DNA from: Paracoccus suum
GTDB lineage: Bacteria > Pseudomonadota > Alphaproteobacteria > Rhodobacterales > Rhodobacteraceae
NCBI RefSeq assembly: GCF_003324675.1
Contig: NZ_CP030918.1
Span: 870,001 to 902,000 of the forward strand
Reading direction: 5' to 3'
Length of the DNA stretch: 32,000 bases
In this document: positions 27,369 to 32,000 of the stretch, piece by piece
How the letters are laid out: each line of letters opens with the position of its first letter
Numbering within the stretch: the stretch's first letter is position 1
Notes under the pieces: model-generated
Databases searched by the model: none
Told to the model about the DNA's origin: nothing
Seen by the model: the letters and a program-made list of their open reading frames with translations, nothing else
Program-made: the position numbers and the translations under genes

Positions 27369-27394
27369 CCATGCGCCCCGCCCGGTGCGCATGG
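27369..27394 (-). other. Intercistronic hairpin between hutD and the binding-protein gene
   Basis: CCATGCGC (27369-27376) pairs with GCGCATGG (27387-27394), an 8-bp stem with a 10-nt loop, within the 71-nt hutD-SBP spacer. Confidence 0.4.
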
Positions 27395-27404
27395 ATTTCG
27401 CGAT

Positions 27405-28004
27405 TCAAATCGATCGATTTTCCCGGCTGTTGCGCGAATCGTCCATGCCCCACAGCGAGACTGCGACGATCTCGCCGCTGCCAGCCGTCAGGATGGTGCT
27501 CGGCGCGTTAGTGGTGTCCGGATCGGCGTACAGCAATGCGCAATCGCCGGGCGCCAAGGTCTCGGCGCCAATCCGCACCTGTCCACTGCGGCAGACGATG
27601 GCGATGCAGTCTGGCGGCAGCGGCGCGCCGACCGGCAGCACCGCCACCGCGTGGCGGGCCGCCCCGCGCCGGGTCATGACGTTCAGATCCAGGATCGGCC
27701 CGGCGTGCAGTCGGCCCGTCACCGGCGCCTCGCCCGGAAAGGCCAGCGGGTCCGACCCCGGCCGCAAGGACACATCGCCGCCGCCGAAATCGAGGCTGAT
27801 CCCGTCCCCTGCCAGCAGGGTCAACGTCCGGTCCACCCCCGCAAAGACCGAGAACGGCCCGTCTGAGGCGACCTCGGCCATGCTCAGCCGCCAGTCAAAG
27901 CCGTCGAGGCTGGCGCCCTCGGGGCCCGCCGCGATCTCATGCGTGATGCCGCCGCCATTGCGCCAGGGCATGGACCGCATCGCGCCCTTGCGGACGATCC
28001 TCAC
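27405..28004 (-). CDS. hutD: HutD-family protein
   Basis: 199 aa. The N-terminal [14 protein letters not shown] motif is typical of HutD. GTG start overlaps the hutU stop (GTGA at 28001-28004). Confidence 0.82.
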   Translation of the reverse strand: MRIVRKGAMRSMPWRNGGGITHEIAAGPEGASLDGFDWRLSMAEVASDGPFSVFAGVDRTLTLLAGDGISLDFGGGDVSLRPGSDPLAFPGEAPVTGRLHAGPILDLNVMTRRGAARHAVAVLPVGAPLPPDCIAIVCRSGQVRIGAETLAPGDCALLYADPDTTNAPSTILTAGSGEIVAVSLWGMDDSRNSRENRSI

Positions 28005-29683
28005 CCGAGGATTCCCGGCAGGTTAAGTTGATGCTCGCGCGCGCAGTCCAGCGCGATGTCATAGCCCGCATCGGCGTGGCGCATGACGCCGGTCGCCGGG
28101 TCGTTCCACAAGACGCGGGCGATGCGCCGGTCGGCGTCCTCGGAGCCGTCGCAGCAGATGACCATGCCGGAATGCTGGCTGAAGCCCATGCCGACGCCGC
28201 CGCCGTGGTGCAAGGAGACCCAGGTCGCGCCCGACGCGGTGTTCAGCAGGGCATTAAGCAGCGGCCAGTCGCTGACCGCGTCGCTGCCGTCCGCCATGGC
28301 CTCGGTCTCTCGGTTGGGGCTGGCGACGCTGCCGCTGTCGAGGTGATCGCGTCCGATGACGACCGGCGCCTTCAGCTCGCCCTTGCGGACCATCTCGTTG
28401 ATCGCAAGGCCCGCCTTGTGGCGATCCCCAAGGCCGATCCACATGATCCGCGCCGGCAGGCCCTGAAAGGCGATCCGCTCGCGCGCCATGTCCAGCCAGT
28501 TGTGCAGGTGCTGGTTGTCGGGAAACAGCTCCTTCATCCTGGCGTCGGTCTTGTAGATGTCCTCGGGATCGCCCGACAACGCGGCCCAGCGGAACGGTCC
28601 GACGCCGCGGCAGAACAGCGGACGGATATAGGCGGGGACGAAACCCGGGAAGGCAAAGGCGTTCTCCAGCCCCTCTTCTTGCGCGACCTGGCGGATGTTG
28701 TTGCCGTAATCGAGGGTCGGAACGCCGGCGTTCCAGAAATCGACCATCGCCGCGACATGGGTTTTCATGCTGGCGCGGGCCGCGGCCTCGACGACCTTCG
28801 GCTCGGACTCCTGCCGCGCGCGCCATTCGGCGACAGTCCAGCCCTGCGGCAGGTAGCCATGGATCGGGTCATGCGCGCTGGTCTGGTCGGTGACGATGTC
28901 GGGGCGCATCCCGCCAGCCTGCATGCGGCGGAAGATTTCGGGAAAGACGTCGGCGGCGTTGCCGATCAGGGCCACGGATTTCGCCTCGCCGGCCTTGGTC
29001 CAGCGGTCGATCAGCGCCAGGGCCTCGTCCAGGTCGTGCGTCTTTTCATCGACATAGCGGGTACGCAGGCGGAAATCGGCGCGCGTCTCGTCGCATTCGA
29101 CGGCGAGGCAGCAGGCCCCGGCCATGACCGCCGCCAAGGGCTGCGCGCCGCCCATGCCGCCAAGGCCGCCCGTCAGGACCCAGCGCCCCTTCAGGTCGCC
29201 ACCGTAGTGCTGGCGCCCGGCCTCGGCAAAGGTCTCGTAAGTGCCCTGCACGATGCCTTGGGTGCCGATATAGATCCACGAGCCCGCTGTCATCTGGCCA
29301 TACATGGCCAGTCCCTTCTTATCGAGCTCGTTGAAATGGTCCCAGGTCGCCCAGTGCGGCACCAGGTTGCTGTTGGCGATCAGCACGCGCGGGGCGTCCT
29401 TGTGGGTCTGGAACACGCCGACCGGCTTGCCCGACTGCACCAGCAGGGTCTGGTCCTCTTCCAGATCGCGAAGGCTGGCGACGATCTTGTCGAAATCGTC
29501 CCAGGTTCGCGCGGCGCGGCCGATACCGCCATAAACCACCAACTCGTGCGGGTTCTCGGCGACGTCAGGATGCAGGTTGTTCATCAGCATCCGCAGCGGC
29601 GCCTCGGTCAGCCAGCTTTTGGCCGTCAGCTCGGTGCCGGTGGCGGGAAAGACGTCGCGGGTGTTGTGGCGCGGGTTGTTCAT
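28001..29683 (-). CDS. hutU: Urocanate hydratase
   Basis: 560 aa with full-length resemblance to urocanase. NAD-binding motif [13 protein letters not shown]. Confidence 0.96.
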   Translation of the reverse strand: MNNPRHNTRDVFPATGTELTAKSWLTEAPLRMLMNNLHPDVAENPHELVVYGGIGRAARTWDDFDKIVASLRDLEEDQTLLVQSGKPVGVFQTHKDAPRVLIANSNLVPHWATWDHFNELDKKGLAMYGQMTAGSWIYIGTQGIVQGTYETFAEAGRQHYGGDLKGRWVLTGGLGGMGGAQPLAAVMAGACCLAVECDETRADFRLRTRYVDEKTHDLDEALALIDRWTKAGEAKSVALIGNAADVFPEIFRRMQAGGMRPDIVTDQTSAHDPIHGYLPQGWTVAEWRARQESEPKVVEAAARASMKTHVAAMVDFWNAGVPTLDYGNNIRQVAQEEGLENAFAFPGFVPAYIRPLFCRGVGPFRWAALSGDPEDIYKTDARMKELFPDNQHLHNWLDMARERIAFQGLPARIMWIGLGDRHKAGLAINEMVRKGELKAPVVIGRDHLDSGSVASPNRETEAMADGSDAVSDWPLLNALLNTASGATWVSLHHGGGVGMGFSQHSGMVICCDGSEDADRRIARVLWNDPATGVMRHADAGYDIALDCAREHQLNLPGILG

Positions 29684-29703
29684 CGGGCTGCCTTCAATTC
29701 GGA

Positions 29704-31224
29704 TCAGAGGGGCAATTCGACCCCGCCGGCGCGGGCCAGCGTGCCGTCCAGCACCATCTGTGCAGCGGCTGTGAGGTCGGGGGCGAGGTAACGGTCGTCA
29801 CCCATCGCCGGCACATCCGAGCGCAGTGCGGCAATGACGCGCTGCAGCACGGCAGATGTCTCCAGCGGCGCGCGGAAGGCGACGCCCTGCGCGCCGCAGA
29901 TCGCCTCGACGCCGACGATCACCGACAGGTTGCGGGTCATCAGGCCGAGGCGGCGCGCGCCATGCGCGGCCATGCTGACGTGATCCTCCTGGTTGGCGCT
30001 GGTCGGGGTGGAATCGGTGCTGCACGGATTGGCGAGGTGCTTGTTCTCGCTCATCAGCGCGGCGGTGGTGACCTCGGCGATCATCAGGCCGCTGTTCAGC
30101 CCGGGGGCTGGGGTCAGGAACGGCGGCAGCCCGAAGGACAGGGCCGGATCGACCATCAGCGCCACCCGCCGCTGGGCGATGGCGCCAATCTCGGCCACGG
30201 CGAGGGCGATCTGGTCGGCGGCAAAGGCGACGGGTTCGGCGTGAAAGTTCCCGCCCGAGACGATGGTCCCGTCCGACAGGACCAGCGGGTTGTCGGTGAC
30301 GGCATTCGCCTCGACCAACAGGGTGTGGGCGGCAAAGCGCAGCAGGTCCAGCGCGGCGCCGGTCACCTGCGGCTGGCAGCGGATGCAATAGGGGTCCTGC
30401 ACGCGGCTGTCGCCCTCGCGATGCGATTCGCGGATCGCGCTGCCGTCCAGCAGGCGCCGCATCTCGGCCGCGACCTCGATCTGGCCGCGATGGCCGCGCA
30501 GGCTGTGGATCTCGGCCGCGGTGGGCGCGGTGCTGCCCATGATCGCGTCGGTCGACAGCGCGCCGGTGACGATCGCCGCGCGGGCGCAGGCCATGGCGCG
30601 AAACAGCCCGATCAGCGCAAGCGCGGTCGAGAACTGGGTGCCGTTGATCAGCGCCAGCCCCTCTTTCGCACCCAGCACGACCGGGGTCAGGCCAGCACGG
30701 GCCAACGCATCGCCGCCGGGCAGGCGCTCGCCGTCCAGGAACGCTTCGCCGGCGCCGATCATGACCGCCGCCATATGCGCCAGCGGCGCCAGGTCGCCCG
30801 AGGCGCCGACGCTGCCCTGTTCGGGCACCACCGGGGTCACGCCCTTGGCCAGCATCCCCTCGATCAGGGTGACGATGTCGGGGCGCACGCCCGAAGCGCC
30901 GCGGCCGAGCGACAGCAGCTTTAGCGTCATCATCAGGCGCACGGCGTCGATATCGGTTGCCGGCCCCACGCCGCAGCAATGCGACAGGATCAGGTTGCGT
31001 TGCAGCGTCGCCGTATCGCCCGGCGCGATGCGCACGCTAGCCAGTTTGCCAAAGCCGGTGTTGACCCCGTAGACTGCGGCATCGCCCGCCGAGGCGGCGG
31101 CGATCCGCGCCGCCGATGCCTCGATCGCCGGCATGGCGCCTGGGTCGAGGCGGGCGGGCAGGCCCTCGCGCCAGATGGTTTCCAACTGCGCGAGGCTGGC
31201 CTCGCCGGGGATGAGTGTCAGCAC
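29704..31224 (-). CDS. hutH: Histidine ammonia-lyase
   Basis: 506 aa from the GTG at 31224 ([18 protein letters not shown], colinear with Pseudomonas HutH LTLKPG..LAQL). MIO-forming motif [14 protein letters not shown]. The 737-aa track ORF is an artefactual extension across hutI. Confidence 0.94.
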   Translation of the reverse strand: MLTLIPGEASLAQLETIWREGLPARLDPGAMPAIEASAARIAAASAGDAAVYGVNTGFGKLASVRIAPGDTATLQRNLILSHCCGVGPATDIDAVRLMMTLKLLSLGRGASGVRPDIVTLIEGMLAKGVTPVVPEQGSVGASGDLAPLAHMAAVMIGAGEAFLDGERLPGGDALARAGLTPVVLGAKEGLALINGTQFSTALALIGLFRAMACARAAIVTGALSTDAIMGSTAPTAAEIHSLRGHRGQIEVAAEMRRLLDGSAIRESHREGDSRVQDPYCIRCQPQVTGAALDLLRFAAHTLLVEANAVTDNPLVLSDGTIVSGGNFHAEPVAFAADQIALAVAEIGAIAQRRVALMVDPALSFGLPPFLTPAPGLNSGLMIAEVTTAALMSENKHLANPCSTDSTPTSANQEDHVSMAAHGARRLGLMTRNLSVIVGVEAICGAQGVAFRAPLETSAVLQRVIAALRSDVPAMGDDRYLAPDLTAAAQMVLDGTLARAGGVELPL

Positions 31225-32000
31225 GGGCGGCCCTCGAAATAGCGGCGGTAAAGCGGATTGAATCCAATGCGGTAGGTCAGCTCGGCCGGGGCGCGCGCGT
31301 CCCAGACGGCTAGGTCGGCGCGCAATCCGGGCGCCAGGCGGCCGCAATCGGCCAGGCCCAGCGCGCGGGCGGCGTTGAGGGTGACGCCGCGCAGGCATTC
31401 CTCGGGCGTCAGGCGGAACAGGGTCGCGCCCATGTTCATCGTCAGCAGCAGCGAGGTCAGCGGTGAGGTGCCGGGATTGGCGTCGGTCGCGAGCGCCATC
31501 ACCGTCCCGGCCTCGCGGAAGGCGGCGACGGGCGGCATCTGCGTCTCGCGCAGGGTATAGAAGGCGCCCGGCAGCAGGGTCGCGACGCTGCCGGCGGCGG
31601 CCAGCAGTCGAGCGTCGGCTGCCGTCGCATATTCGACGTGATCGGCCGAAAGGCCGCCGCGCGCTGCGATCAGTTCGCTGCCGCCCATGTGAGATAACTG
31701 CTCGGCGTGCAGCTTGACCGGAAGGCCAAGTTCGGCGGCGACATCGAACAGCCGGGCCATCTGCGCGGTTGAAAAGGCGATGCCCTCGCAGAACCCGTCG
31801 ACCGCATCGACCAGCCCCTCGGCATGGGCGGCGCGCAGGCCGGGGATCGCGACCTCGTCCAGATAGGCGTCGTCGCGCCCCTTGTATTCCGGGGGCGTCG
31901 CATGGGCGGCGAGCCAAGTGGTGACGATGCGGACCGGGCGCTCGGCTGCCAGCCGGCGCGCCGCGCGCAGCATCTTCAGTTCATGGTCGATGGTCAGGCC
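31218..32000 (-). CDS. hutI: Imidazolonepropionase (3-prime part; the N-terminus lies beyond the window edge)
   Basis: C-terminal ~260 aa of an amidohydrolase, with HAEQL and [10 protein letters not shown] motifs typical of HutI. The reading frame stays open to position 32000. Its stop overlaps the hutH start (GTGCTGA). Confidence 0.9.
   Translation of the reverse strand, partial: GLTIDHELKMLRAARRLAAERPVRIVTTWLAAHATPPEYKGRDDAYLDEVAIPGLRAAHAEGLVDAVDGFCEGIAFSTAQMARLFDVAAELGLPVKLHAEQLSHMGGSELIAARGGLSADHVEYATAADARLLAAAGSVATLLPGAFYTLRETQMPPVAAFREAGTVMALATDANPGTSPLTSLLLTMNMGATLFRLTPEECLRGVTLNAARALGLADCGRLAPGLRADLAVWDARAPAELTYRIGFNPLYRRYFEGRPC

Noticed and set aside
31225-31917. The upstream 231 codons of the 737-aa ORF containing hutH. 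The same issue applies to the upstream extensions of 15346-16410, 25149-26168, 25808-26569 and 26521-27453.
   Set aside because: The extensions overlap the preceding genes out of frame and have Arg/Pro-rich junk composition. Homologue-length proteins begin at internal starts placed right at the upstream stop codons.
1-32000. A window-wide look for mobile elements, CRISPR arrays, toxin-antitoxin pairs, restriction or defence genes, tRNA or rRNA.
   Set aside because: No transposase, integrase or phage-like ORFs were found. There are no regularly spaced repeats beyond the single 17-bp pair at 22047-22085. No cloverleaf-like tRNA segments or rRNA-like regions were recognised, and no compositional island is larger than about 50 bp. 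The region reads as conserved core metabolism and transport.

Overview
This window is strongly GC-rich (about two-thirds G+C by eye). It is almost fully coding and looks like ordinary chromosomal core from an alphaproteobacterium, with Rhodobacteraceae/Paracoccus-like gene content. That taxonomic guess is inference only.

I can account for essentially all 32 kb with about 33 genes in tight operons:
- An LsrB-family sugar ABC importer plus a PfkB (ribokinase-like) kinase.
- tdh-kbl, for threonine to glycine.
- bioBFDA.
- A large Glu/Leu/Phe/Val-type dehydrogenase.
- Two tandem I78-family inhibitor lipoproteins and a DUF2794 gene.
- An AEC permease / crotonase / AlaE operon.
- The iron exporter mbfA, divergent from a siderophore-type ABC importer and a TonB-dependent receptor.
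- A hutI-hutH-hutU-hutD operon that continues into a polar amino-acid ABC importer.

I see no rRNA, tRNA, CRISPR array, transposase, integrase, phage gene or recognisable defence system. No gap is large enough to hide an unannotated protein system, so I cannot honestly nominate a novel system here.

The points most worth a second look are:
- A perfect 17-bp direct repeat pair carrying a consensus TATAAT, in an AT island upstream of the TonB receptor.
- A 1-nt frameshift inside the LSGGQ signature of the hut-linked ABC ATPase, sitting on a G-run that fits an X_XXY_YYZ slippery pattern.
- The uncharacterised AEC-crotonase-AlaE operon.
- The tandem I78 lipoproteins.
- The shared control region between an iron exporter and an iron importer.

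The many long antisense ORFs in the track are GC-content artefacts.
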